From Mobula hypostoma (lineage: Eukaryota): DNA of 64,000 nt. A program made the translations under genes and the position numbers. The stretch is taken from contig NC_086097.1 in NCBI RefSeq assembly GCF_963921235.1, forward strand, positions 186,932,001 through 186,996,000. The letters run 5' to 3'. Below the pieces are notes generated by a model. The model was not told where the DNA came from. It worked only from the letters and a program-made list of their open reading frames with translations, and did not search any database. Of this stretch, positions 26,576 to 37,269 are shown piece after piece (position 1 is the first letter of the stretch; each line of letters opens with the position of its first letter).

Positions 26576-28823
26576 TGATTTCAGGCTTTTGTATCTTCTA
26601 CCTGATGGAAGAAGAGAGGATGCCCAGGGTGTGTGGAATCTTTGATTATGCTGGCTGCTTTACAGAGCCTGTGAGAAGGATTGACAAAGTCCATAGAGAG
26701 GAGTTTGGTTTCCACCTTGTGCTGAGCTGTGTATGCAACTCTGTAGTGCGATCAGGGGCAGAGCAGTTACCATACCAATCCATGATGCATCTGGCTAGGA
26801 TGTGTTCTATAGTGCATTGATAAAAAATTGAAAGGGTTAATGGGGCATGACAAATTTCTTTAGCTTCCTGAGAAGCATTGGTGAGCTTTCTTTGTGTTGG
26901 CAGGTTTGGACCAGGACAGTCAATTGGTGATGTTTACTCCTAGGAGCTTCAGGTTCTCAACCACAACACTTTTGATGTAGACAGAAACATGTTCACCACC
27001 ACACCCACACCCTCCCCCTGTCCTGAATATACTGGGTGTGAATATTGAGGGAAAGGTTGTTGTTATGGTACCATGTCACTAAGCTCTCTATCTCCTTCCT
27101 GTCCTCTCTGACTCCTCATTTTTTGAGCTATGGCCCACTGGTGGTACCATTTGCAAACTTATAGGTAGAGTGAATGAGAAGGGGAAAGTTTAAAGGAGAT
27201 GTATGAGTCAATTTTTTTTAATATAAAGTGTCTGGATTGTGTTGCTGCGGGAAATAGTAGAAGCAGATACCACAGCAACATTGAAGAAACATTTAGACAG
27301 GCTCACAAATGGGCAGGGAATGGAAGGATATTGATTTTATGTAGGTTGATCGGATTATAGACTGGGATGTTAGTTATGAGCCAAAGGGTCTGTTCCTGTG
27401 CTGTAATGTTTTGTGTTCCATAACTGATAGGTATTGTATAAGCGACATAAGACCATAAGGTATAGGAGCAGAATTAAGCCATCTGGCCCATCAAGTCTGC
27501 TCCACCATTTCATCATGGCTGATCCAATTTTCCTCTCAGCCCCAGTCTCTTTCCTTCACCCTGTATCCTTTCATGCCCTGATCAATCAAGAATCTATCAC
27601 CCTCTGCCTTAAAACATACATAAAGACTCTGCCTCCACAGTTGCCTGTGGTAAAGAATTCCTCAGATCCATCACTTTCTGGCTAAAGAAAATCCTCTTCA
27701 TCTCCGTACTAAAACGACACCCCTCTGTTCTGAGACTGTGTCCTCTGGTCTTAGACTCTCCCACCATGTGAAACATCTTCTCCACATCCACTCTATCAAG
27801 GCCTTTCACCATTTATTAGATTTCAATGAGGTCACCTCTCATTCATCTGAATTTTATTGAATACAGGTCAACAGCCATCAAATGCTCTTCATGTGTCAAG
27901 CCACTCACTCCTGGAATTATTTTCATGAACCTTCTTTGAAACCTCTCCAATTTCAGCAAATCCTTTCTAAGATATGGAGCCCAGACCTGCTCAAATACTC
28001 CAAATGAGTCCTTGCTAGTGCTTTATAAAGTTTCAACATTACATCCTTGCTTTTATATTCTAGTCCTCTTGAAATGAATGCGAGCATTGCATTTGCCTTC
28101 CTTGCCATAGGCTCAAACTGCAAATTAACCTTTAGGGAATCCTGCACAAGGACTCCCAAGTCCCCTTGCACCTCAGTTTTTTGCATTTTCTCAACATTTA
28201 GAAAATAGTCAACCCTTCTATTTCTTCTCCTAATGTGCATGACCAAACACTGCCCGGCATTGTATTCCATCTGCCATTTATTTGACCATTCTCCTAATCT
28301 GTCTAACTCCTTTTGTAGCCTCCCTATTGCCTCAAAATTGCCTCCACTCCACCTATCTTCATATCATATGAAAACTTTGCAACAAAGCCACCACTTCCAT
28401 CATCCAAATCATTGACATATAACATAAAAAGAATCGGTTCCAACACAGGCCACTGTGGAACACCATTAGTTAGCAGCAACCAGCCAGAAAAGGCTCCCTT
28501 TATTCCCACTCTTTGCCTCCTGCCAATCGGCCACTGCTTTATCCATGCTAGAATCTTCCCTGTAATACCATGGGCTCATAGCTTGTTAAGCAGCCTCATG
28601 TGCAGCACCTTGTCAAAGGCCTTCTGAGAATCCAAGTACACAACATCAACAAATTCTTCTTTGCTTATCCTGCTTGTTTCTTCAAAAAATTCCCACAGAT
28701 TTGTCAGGCAAGATTTTCCCTTGAGAAAACCATGCTGACTACAGCCAATTTTATCAAGTATCTCCAAGTACAGAGTCTGGCCCTGTAGCTCAGAAGGGTA
28801 GGGCAAGGAAGAGGAGGGCAGTT

Positions 28824-29324
28824 GTGATAGGGGACTCGATAGTAAGGGGGTCAGATAGGCGATTCTGTGGACGCAGTCCAGAGACCCGGATGGTAGTTTG
28901 CCTCCCTGGTGCCAGGGTCCGGGATATTTCTGATCGTGTCCAAGATATCCTGAAGTGGGAGGGTGAAGAGCCAGAGGTCGTGGTACATATAGGTACCAAT
29001 GACATAGGTAGGAAAAGGGATGAGGTCCTGAAAGGAGAATATAGGGAGCTAGGAAGGGAGTTGAGAAAAAGGACCGCAAAGGTAGTAATCTCAGGATTAC
29101 TGCCTGTGCCACGCGACAGTGAGAGTAGGAATGCGATGAGGTGGAGGATAAATGCGTGGCTGTGGGATTGGAGCAGGGGGCAGGGATTCAAGTTTTTGGA
29201 TCATTGGGACCTCTTTTGGCGCAGGCGTGACCTGTACAAAAAGGACGGGTTACACTTGAATCCCAGGGGGACCAATATCCTGGCAGGGAGATTAGCGGGG
29301 GCTACTGAGGTGACTTTAAACTAG
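28824..29324 (+). CDS. CR1 ORF1 SGNH/GDSL esterase domain (partial)
   Basis: IGDSIVRG, CLPGARV, VHIGTND, DGLHLN motifs. Confidence 0.88.
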   Translation: MIGDSIVRGSDRRFCGRSPETRMVVCLPGARVRDISDRVQDILKWEGEEPEVVVHIGTNDIGRKRDEVLKGEYRELGRELRKRTAKVVISGLLPVPRDSESRNAMRWRINAWLWDWSRGQGFKFLDHWDLFWRRRDLYKKDGLHLNPRGTNILAGRLAGATEVTLN

Positions 29325-29501
29325 AATGGTTGGGGGGTGGGAATCAAATTAAAGAGGCTAGGCGTGAGGAGGTTAGTTCACAACAGAGGGATGGGAACCA
29401 GTGCAGAGAGACAGAGGGGTGTAAAGTGAGGGTAGAAGCAAAAAGTACAAAGGAGAAAAGTAAAAGTGGCAGGCCGACAAATCCAGGGCAAGCATTAAAA
29501 A

Positions 29502-32096
29502 GTGCCACTTTTCAACGCAATAGAAAGGAAGGACATAAACCGGGAAGATGTGGAATCGATATGGGTAGAGCTGCGTAACACTAAGGGGCAGAAGACGCTG
29601 GTGGGAGTTGTGTACAGGCCACCTAACAGTAGTAGTGAGGTTGGAGATGGTATTAAACAGGAAATTAGAAATGTGTGCAATAAAGGAACAGCAGTTATAA
29701 TGGGTGACTTCAATCTACATGTAGACTGGGTGAACCAAATTGGTAAAGGTGCTGAGGAAGAGGATTTCTTGGAATGTATGCGGGATGGTTTTTTGAACCA
29801 ACATGTCGAGGAACCAACTAGAGAGCAGGCTATTCTGGACTGGGTTTTGAGCAATGAGGAAGGGTTAATTAGCGATCTTGTCGTGAGAGGCCCCTTGGGT
29901 AAGAGTGACCATAATATGGTGGAATTCTTCATTAAGATGGAGAGTGACTTAGTTAATTCAGAAACAAAGGTTCTGAACTTAAAGAGGGGTAACTTTGAAG
30001 GTATGAGACGTGAATTAGCTAAGATAGACTGGCAAATGACACTTGAAGGATTGACGGTGGATATGCAATGGCAAGCATTTAAAGGTTGCATGGATGAACT
30101 ACAACAATTGTTCATCCCAGTTTGGCAAAAGAATAAATCAAGGAAGGTAGTGCACCTGTGGCTGACAAGAGAAATTAGGGATAATATCAATTCCAAAGAA
30201 GAAGCATACAAATTAGCCAGAGAAAGTGGCTCACCTGAGGACTGGGAGAAATTCAGAGTTCAGCAGAGGATGACAAAGGGCTTAATTAGGAAGGGGAAAA
30301 AAGATTATGAGAGAAAACTGGCAGGGAAAATAAAAACGGACTGTAAAAGCTTTTATAGATATGTAAAAAGGAAAAGACTGGTAAAGACAAATGTAGGTCC
30401 CCTGCAGACAGAAACAGGTGAATTGATTATGGGGAGCAAGGACATGGCAGACCAATTGTATAATTACTTTGGTTCTGTCTTCACTAAGGAGGACATAAAT
30501 AATCTTCCAGAAATAGTAAGGGACAGAGGGTCCAGTGAGATGGAGGAACTGAGTGAAATACATGTTAGTAGGGAAGTGGTGTTAGGTAAATTGAAGGGAT
30601 TGAAGGCAGATAAATCCCCAGGGCCAGATGGTCTGCATCCTAGAGTGCTTAAGGAAGTAGCCCAAGAAATAGTGGATGCATTAGTGATAATTTTTCAAAA
30701 CTCGTTAGATTCTGGACTAGAGGATTGGAGGGTGGCTAATGTAACCCCACTTTTTAAAAAAGGAGGGAGAGAGAAACCGGGGAATTATAGACCGGTTAGC
30801 CTAACGTCGGTGGTGGGGAAACTGCTGGAGTCAGTTATCAAGGATGTGATAACAGCACATTTGGAAAGCGGTGAAATCATCGGACAAAGTCAGCATGGAT
30901 TTGTGAAAGGAAAATCCTGTCTGACGAATCTCATAGAATTTTTTGAGGATGTAACTAGTAGAGTGGATAGGGGAGAACCAGTGGATGTGGTATATTTGGA
31001 TTTTCAAAAGGCTTTTGACAAGGTCCCACACAGGAGATTAGTGTGCAAACTTAAAGCACACGGTATTGGGGGTAAGGTATTGGTGTGGGTGGAGAATTGG
31101 TTAGCAGACAGGAAGCAAAGAGTGGGAATAAACGGGACCTTTTCAGAATGGCAGGCGGTGACTAGTGGGGTACCGCAAGGCTCAGTGCTGGGACCCCAGT
31201 TGTTTACAATATATATTAATGACTTGGATGAGGGAATTAAATGCAGCATCTCCAAGTTTGCGGATGACACGAAGCTGGGTGGCAGTGTTAGCAGTGAGGA
31301 GGATGCTAAGAGGATGCAGGGTGACTTGGATAGGTTAGGTGAGTGGGCAAACTCATGGCAGATGCAATTTAATGTGGATAATTGTGAAGTTATCCACTTT
31401 GGTGGCAAAAATAGGAAAACAGATTATTATCTGAATGGTGGCCGATTAGGAAAAGGGGAGGTGCAACGAGACCTGGGTGTCATTATACACCAGTCATTGA
31501 AAGTGGGCATGCAGGTACAGCAGGCGGTGAAAAAGGCGAATGGTATGCTGGCATTTATAGCGAGAGGATTCGAGTACAGGAGCAGGGAGGTACTACTGCA
31601 GTTGTACAAGGCCTTGGTGAGACCACACCTGGAGTATTGTGTGCAGTTTTGGTCCCCTAATCTGAGGAAAGACATCTTTGCCATAGAGGGAGTACAAAGA
31701 AGGTTCACCAGATTGATTCCTAGGATGGCAGGACTTTCATATGAAGAAAGACTGGATGAACTGGGCTTGTACTCGTTGGAATTTAGAAGATTGAGGGGGG
31801 ATCTGATTGAAACGTATAAGATCCTAAAGGGATTGGACAGGCTAGATGCAGGAAGATTGTTCCCGATGTTGGGGAAGTCCAGAACGAGGGGTCACAGTTT
31901 GAGGATAGAGGGGAAGCCTTTTAGGACCGAGATTAGGAAAAACTTCTTCACACAGAGAGTGGTGAATCTGTGGAATTCTCTGCCACAGGAAACTGTTGAG
32001 GCCAGTTCATTGGCTATGTTTAAGAGGGAGTTAGATATGGCCCTTGTGGCTACAGGGGTCAGGGGGTATGGAGGGAAGGCTGGGGCGGGGTTCTGA
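29502..32096 (+). CDS. CR1 ORF2 (partial APE endonuclease + reverse transcriptase), 864 aa open frame
   Basis: GVVYRPPN, MGDFN, GKSDHN (EN); NYRPVSLTS, YLDFQKAFDKV, VPQGSVLGP, FADD (RT); N-terminal EN motifs NARS/ETW missing. Confidence 0.92.
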   Translation: MPLFNAIERKDINREDVESIWVELRNTKGQKTLVGVVYRPPNSSSEVGDGIKQEIRNVCNKGTAVIMGDFNLHVDWVNQIGKGAEEEDFLECMRDGFLNQHVEEPTREQAILDWVLSNEEGLISDLVVRGPLGKSDHNMVEFFIKMESDLVNSETKVLNLKRGNFEGMRRELAKIDWQMTLEGLTVDMQWQAFKGCMDELQQLFIPVWQKNKSRKVVHLWLTREIRDNINSKEEAYKLARESGSPEDWEKFRVQQRMTKGLIRKGKKDYERKLAGKIKTDCKSFYRYVKRKRLVKTNVGPLQTETGELIMGSKDMADQLYNYFGSVFTKEDINNLPEIVRDRGSSEMEELSEIHVSREVVLGKLKGLKADKSPGPDGLHPRVLKEVAQEIVDALVIIFQNSLDSGLEDWRVANVTPLFKKGGREKPGNYRPVSLTSVVGKLLESVIKDVITAHLESGEIIGQSQHGFVKGKSCLTNLIEFFEDVTSRVDRGEPVDVVYLDFQKAFDKVPHRRLVCKLKAHGIGGKVLVWVENWLADRKQRVGINGTFSEWQAVTSGVPQGSVLGPQLFTIYINDLDEGIKCSISKFADDTKLGGSVSSEEDAKRMQGDLDRLGEWANSWQMQFNVDNCEVIHFGGKNRKTDYYLNGGRLGKGEVQRDLGVIIHQSLKVGMQVQQAVKKANGMLAFIARGFEYRSREVLLQLYKALVRPHLEYCVQFWSPNLRKDIFAIEGVQRRFTRLIPRMAGLSYEERLDELGLYSLEFRRLRGDLIETYKILKGLDRLDAGRLFPMLGKSRTRGHSLRIEGKPFRTEIRKNFFTQRVVNLWNSLPQETVEASSLAMFKRELDMALVATGVRGYGGKAGAGF

Positions 32097-35000
32097 GTTG
32101 GATGATCAGCCATGATCATAATAAATGGCGGTGCAGGCTCGAAGGGCCGAATGGCCTACTCCTGCACCTATTTTCTATGTTTCTATGTTACTCATCCTTA
32201 ATAATCGACTCGAACACCTTCCCAACTATTGAGGGTAGACTAACTGGCCTATAGTTTCTTTTCTTCTGCCTCTCTCCCTCCTTGAAGAGTGAAATGACAG
32301 TTGCAATTTTCCAGTCTTCTGGAACCATTTCAGACTTAGTGATTCTTGAAAGATCATTACTAATGCCTCCATGATCTCTTCAGCCACCTCTTTTCAGAAC
32401 TTTGGGGTGTACACCATCTGGTCCAGGTGATTTACCTAGCCTTCTCTCAAGTTATGGTAACTTCACATACTCAAGCCCCTTGACACCTGGAACCTCCACC
32501 ATTATGTTAGTATCTTCCACAGTGAAGACTGATGCAAAATACTTATTCAGTTCGTCCGTTATTTCATTATCCCCCATTAATACCTCGCCAGCTTTGTTTT
32601 CCAGCGGTCCAATATCCATTCTCACCTCTCTTTACACTCTAATGAAACTTCTGGTATCCTTTTAAATATTATTGGGTAGCATGAAGCAGAATATAAGGTT
32701 AAAGTTGCAGATTGCGCTTAAATGAGAAGATTGAAAGAAAATATTGTACATGGAAAATGAAAATAAATTAATGTGACTTTGCTCACTGCCTATAAGTGAA
32801 GAAAATCTATTTTGTAATACATTAAAAATCACTATTCAGCTAGATACATGAGATATTTATTCTATTTTAAAAATGATTGTACAATAGCATATTGAATATT
32901 TACTCCTTTGGTAGCAAACTATAATTTGGGTTCTGTGGAAGAGAGCAACCACAATGACTGAGGGAAGGAAAAATTATGAGAAATTATTTTATAAATTTGG
33001 TAAATTCTTGCTGATGAGGAGAAAGTTAAAACGAATGTAATATGTGCTTCTAGAATTGCAAAACAACTGAATATAGATTTCACTAATTGGTGAATTAATT
33101 AATAATAATTGAATGTAGATTTAATCTAAATGAGTTAGATTTGAAATAGTCATTACTGTCAATTTGGATATTGTTAGAAAATGTTGATAGGATTACTGCC
33201 TGTAATGCAATGAAAAGAAAGGCTTTCAGTGGCTATATAAACCTCACTTAGTTAGATTGTTGTTTTAATGGCAGACTACCTTTTCTAGGAATCTCATATT
33301 TTCTTTAAAATCTAAAATGCTACACACAATAAAATGTACCAAGTTTAATTTTTCCCTAGATCAATGGGATAGCACGGGAGGAACAAAAAAAATATTCTGA
33401 CTTAATTGTCCAATTTTTCCACATTAACGTTGATTTTGGTGAATGTAAGATTTCCACACTAGCAACATGACTGACATATGGCTCCTTCTGACATTGTATT
33501 CCCTGCCACAAAGTGTGAGTGCTCATACAGCTGCTTGGAAACGAGTTTGATGCTCAGTAGAAAGGACATAGAACTTCTTTTTACTGGGCCAAAAAGAAGA
33601 CAATGCTCATCTGAGATTTCAGTCTAACGGCGAGTGATAGTCATTTTTCTTGAGATTGCAAGACTCTGTTGGACATTGCTAATGTGGAATGCTGCAAGTC
33701 TGGTTCACTGACTTATTGACTGGTGGCAGGGGAGCTGTATGGCCTCAGTCATAGCGAGGTCCAGGCCTCAAGCTGCTGTGCCACCTGTTTACAGCTACCC
33801 AGGAGTGAGGCGTTGGAGTCAGGTGCTCCACAGGAGTGTTGGAGGTGGTGTGGTGTGCTTTTCATGCTGGAGTCGGTGCTGCTTCCCAGAGTTCGCTCGG
33901 TAGAAGACAAGCCATATCGTGTTCGGCTGCAGACTGCTGCAACATTAATGGACTCAGGGTCTTGGACTATACATTGTTTGTGTGTGACTGTGTTTTACTG
34001 GTATGTGCTTACTATCTTATATGTGCTACATGTGCCTTGTGCTGTGTATAACTGCTGGTAATGTGTTTCGCACCTTGGCCGCAGAGTAATGCTGTTTTGT
34101 TTATCTTTATTTATGAGTATTCATGTATGGTTGAATGATAATTAACTCGAACTTGCAGAAGTAAAGAGAAATGGAAATAAAATGACAGTGAGAATACGTT
34201 AAATTTCTCTTCTGCTGGACTCAGTGGTGCTTAGTTGTTGAAAAAGATTAACTTAGAGGAAAGCAATTTTGCAAAGAATCCTGGATGCTTTTGCATCTAT
34301 GAGGAATTTTGTTTCCCCCTTTTTTTGATGGGATTTCATCCTCTCTAACTCCCCTTTGTGATGTCAACAATTGGTAACACAGTAGTGAGATTTTCATTCT
34401 CACTGCTTATCAAATCATATAGAATGGAAACAGACTCTTCAGTCCAACTGATCCAGCTGACCAAGATTCCTATCTAAACTTGTCTCATTTTCTCGTGTTT
34501 AGCCAACATTCTCTTAAACCGCCCCTATATATGTAAATGCCCAAGTACTTCTAAATATTAATAAATCTTCCTCAACCATTTTCCTTGACAGGAATCCCAT
34601 AAACTGACCATACTCTTCTGTGAAAAAGTTTCCCCTCGGGCTCCTATTAAACCTCTTTCTTCTCACCTTAGAATTGAAGGTCTCCCTCTTGATGCGACAT
34701 TTGCAGGTTGTATTGTGGTGACTCTCCGTTTTGCTTTAACAAGGCTGACTTCACAGGTAGAAAGTGTTGTAAAGAAAGCTTTTTGCACATTGGACTTCAT
34801 AAATCAAAGAATTGAGTACAAGAGTTGGAATGTTTTGTTGAAGTTGCATTAGATCTTGGTGAAGCCTAATTTACAACATTGTGTGCAGTTTTTGTCATAT
34901 ACTTACAGAAAAGATGTCAATAAGATTGAAAGAGTGCAGGGAAAATCTACAAGGACATTGCTGGGATTTGAGGACCTGAGTTATATGGAAAGATTGAATA

Positions 35001-35200
35001 GATCACTGAGGGACTTTAATCCCTAGAGCATAGGAGAATGAGGGGAGATTTTACAGAAGTATACAAAATTGTGAGGGATACAGACAGAGTTAATGCAAAC
35101 AGGCTTTTTCCACTGAGGTTGACTGAGAGCAGACCTGGAAGTCATAGTTAAGAGTTGAAAGGTAAAATGCTGAAAGGGAACATGAAGGTGGTGAAAGTAT

Positions 35201-36846
35201 GAACATAGAACATAGAACATAGAATAGTACAGCACAGTACAGGCCCTTCGGCCCACAATGTTGTGCCGACCCTCAAACCCTGCCTCCCATATAAGCCCCC
35301 ACCTTAGATTCCTCCATGTACCTGTCTAGTAGTCTCTTAAACTTCACTAGTGTATCTGCCTCCACCACTGACTCAGGCAGTGCCTTCCACGCACCAACCA
35401 CTCTTTGAGTAAAAAACCTTCCTCTAATATCCCCCTTGAACTTCCCACCCCTTACCTTAAAGCCATGTCCTCTTGTATTGAGCAGTGGTGCCCTGGGGAA
35501 GAGGCGCTGGCTATCCACTCTATCTATTCCTCTTATTATCTTGTACACCTCTATCATGTCTCCTCTCATCTTCCTTCTCTCCAAAGAGAAAAACCCTAGC
35601 TCCCTTAATCTCTGATCATAATGCATACTTTCTAAATCAGGCAGCATTCTGGTAAATCTCCTCTGTACTCTTTCCAATGCTTCCACATCCTTCCTATACT
35701 GAGGTGACCAGAACTGGACACAATACTCCAAATGTGGCCAAACCAGAGTTTTATAGAGCTGCATCATTACATCACGACTCTTAAACTCTATCCCTCGACT
35801 TATGAAAGCTAGCACCCCATAAGCTTTCTTAACTACCCTATCCATCTGTGAAGCAACTTTCAGGGATCTGTGGACATGTACCCCGAGATCCCTCTGCTCC
35901 TCCACACTACCAAGTATCCTGCCATTTACTTTGTACTCTGCCTTGGAGTTTGTCCTTCCAAAGTGTACCACCTCACACTTCTCCGGGTTGAACTCCATCT
36001 GCCACTTCTCAGCCCACTTCTGCATCCTATCAATGTCTCTCTGCAATCTTTGACAATCCTCTACACTATCTACAACACCACCAACCTTTGCGTCGTCTGC
36101 AAGCTTGCCAACCCATCCTTCTACCCCCACATCCAGGTCGTTAATAAAAATCACGAAAATTAGAGGTCCCAGAACAGATACTTGTGGGACACCACTAGTC
36201 ACAATCCTCCAATCTGAATGTACTCCCTCCACCACGACTCTCTGCCTTCTGCAGGCAAACCAATTCTGAATCCACCTGGCCAAACTTCCCTGGATCCCAT
36301 GCCTTCTGACTTTCTGAATAAGCCTACTGTGTGGAACCTTGTCAAATGCCTTACTAAAATCCATATAGACCACATCCACTACACTACCCTCATCTATGTG
36401 CCTGGTCACCTCCTCAAAGAACTCTATCAGGCTTGTTAGACACGGTCTGCCCTTCACAAAGCCATGCTGACTGTCCCTGAACAGACCATGATTCTCTAAA
36501 TGCCCATAGATCCTATCTCTAAGAATCTTTTCCAACAGCTTTCCCACCACAGACATAAGGCTCACTGGTCTATAATTACCCGGACTATCCCTAGTACCTT
36601 TTTTGAACAAGGGAACAGCATTCGCCTCCCTCCAATCCTCCGGTACCATTCCCGTGGACAACGAGGACATAAAGATCCTAGCCAGTGGCTCAGCAATCTC
36701 CTCTCTTGCCTCATGGAGCAGCCTGGGGAATATTCCGTCAGGCCCCGGGGACTTATCTGTCCTAATGTATTTTAACAACTTCAACATCTCCTCTCCCTTA
36801 ATATCAACATGCTCCAGAACATCAACCTCACTCATATTGTCCTCAC
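35201..36846 (-). mobile_element. 5'-truncated CR1 with open RT frame, inserted in an older + strand CR1 (about 34750-35200, 36847-36875)
   Basis: ORF 35273-36925 ([29 protein letters not shown]); 'gaacata' tail repeats at about 35201-35225. Confidence 0.9.
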
Positions 36847-37269
36847 CATGGGATGAACTGCCAGTGGAAGTGGTGGGTCGGATTTTATTTTTGGAACTTT
36901 TATTTCTCAGCTTCAGAGAAGACAAAATCGGAGTGCTTAATTGATTCCTTCAGCCTCCTTAACATTGCTTGAGGATTTCCAGCAGTTTCCCTTGAGGGTC
37001 CACTTGCAGCTGTCATAAAGACATGCAACCTTACTATCAGTAGGCGGCAAGAGGCTTTGCATTGCACTGAGTAAGAATCTCAGTATAGGGGCTATCACCT
37101 GGTGACAGATCAGTTATGATTTAATGTTCATCATGCCCCCATAAGCTTTTGACTTGCCCTTTGCATCTTGGTCATCATCGCCAGGATATGTTCTGTGAAG
37201 CCTCCTCAGTGTCGTGGAATTTTTAGTGACTAGCATGCTGCATTTTCCACTGAAGAAAATTGCTGAACT

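Larger units (their letters stand above)
28771..32188 (+). mobile_element. Young CR1 LINE, 5'-truncated in ORF1, with internal deletion in the endonuclease
   Basis: Esterase ORF followed by long EN-RT ORF, 3' UTR and (TTCTATGT)n tail. Confidence 0.95.
27445..32670 (-). mobile_element. Older CR1 (27445-28770 and about 32190-32670) split by a young CR1
   Basis: ORFs 27609-27812, 27953-28270, 28324-28509 and the C-terminal part of 28576-29112 (SQHGFLKGKSCLTN...YLDSQKAFDKV); resumes at 32190. Confidence 0.8.
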
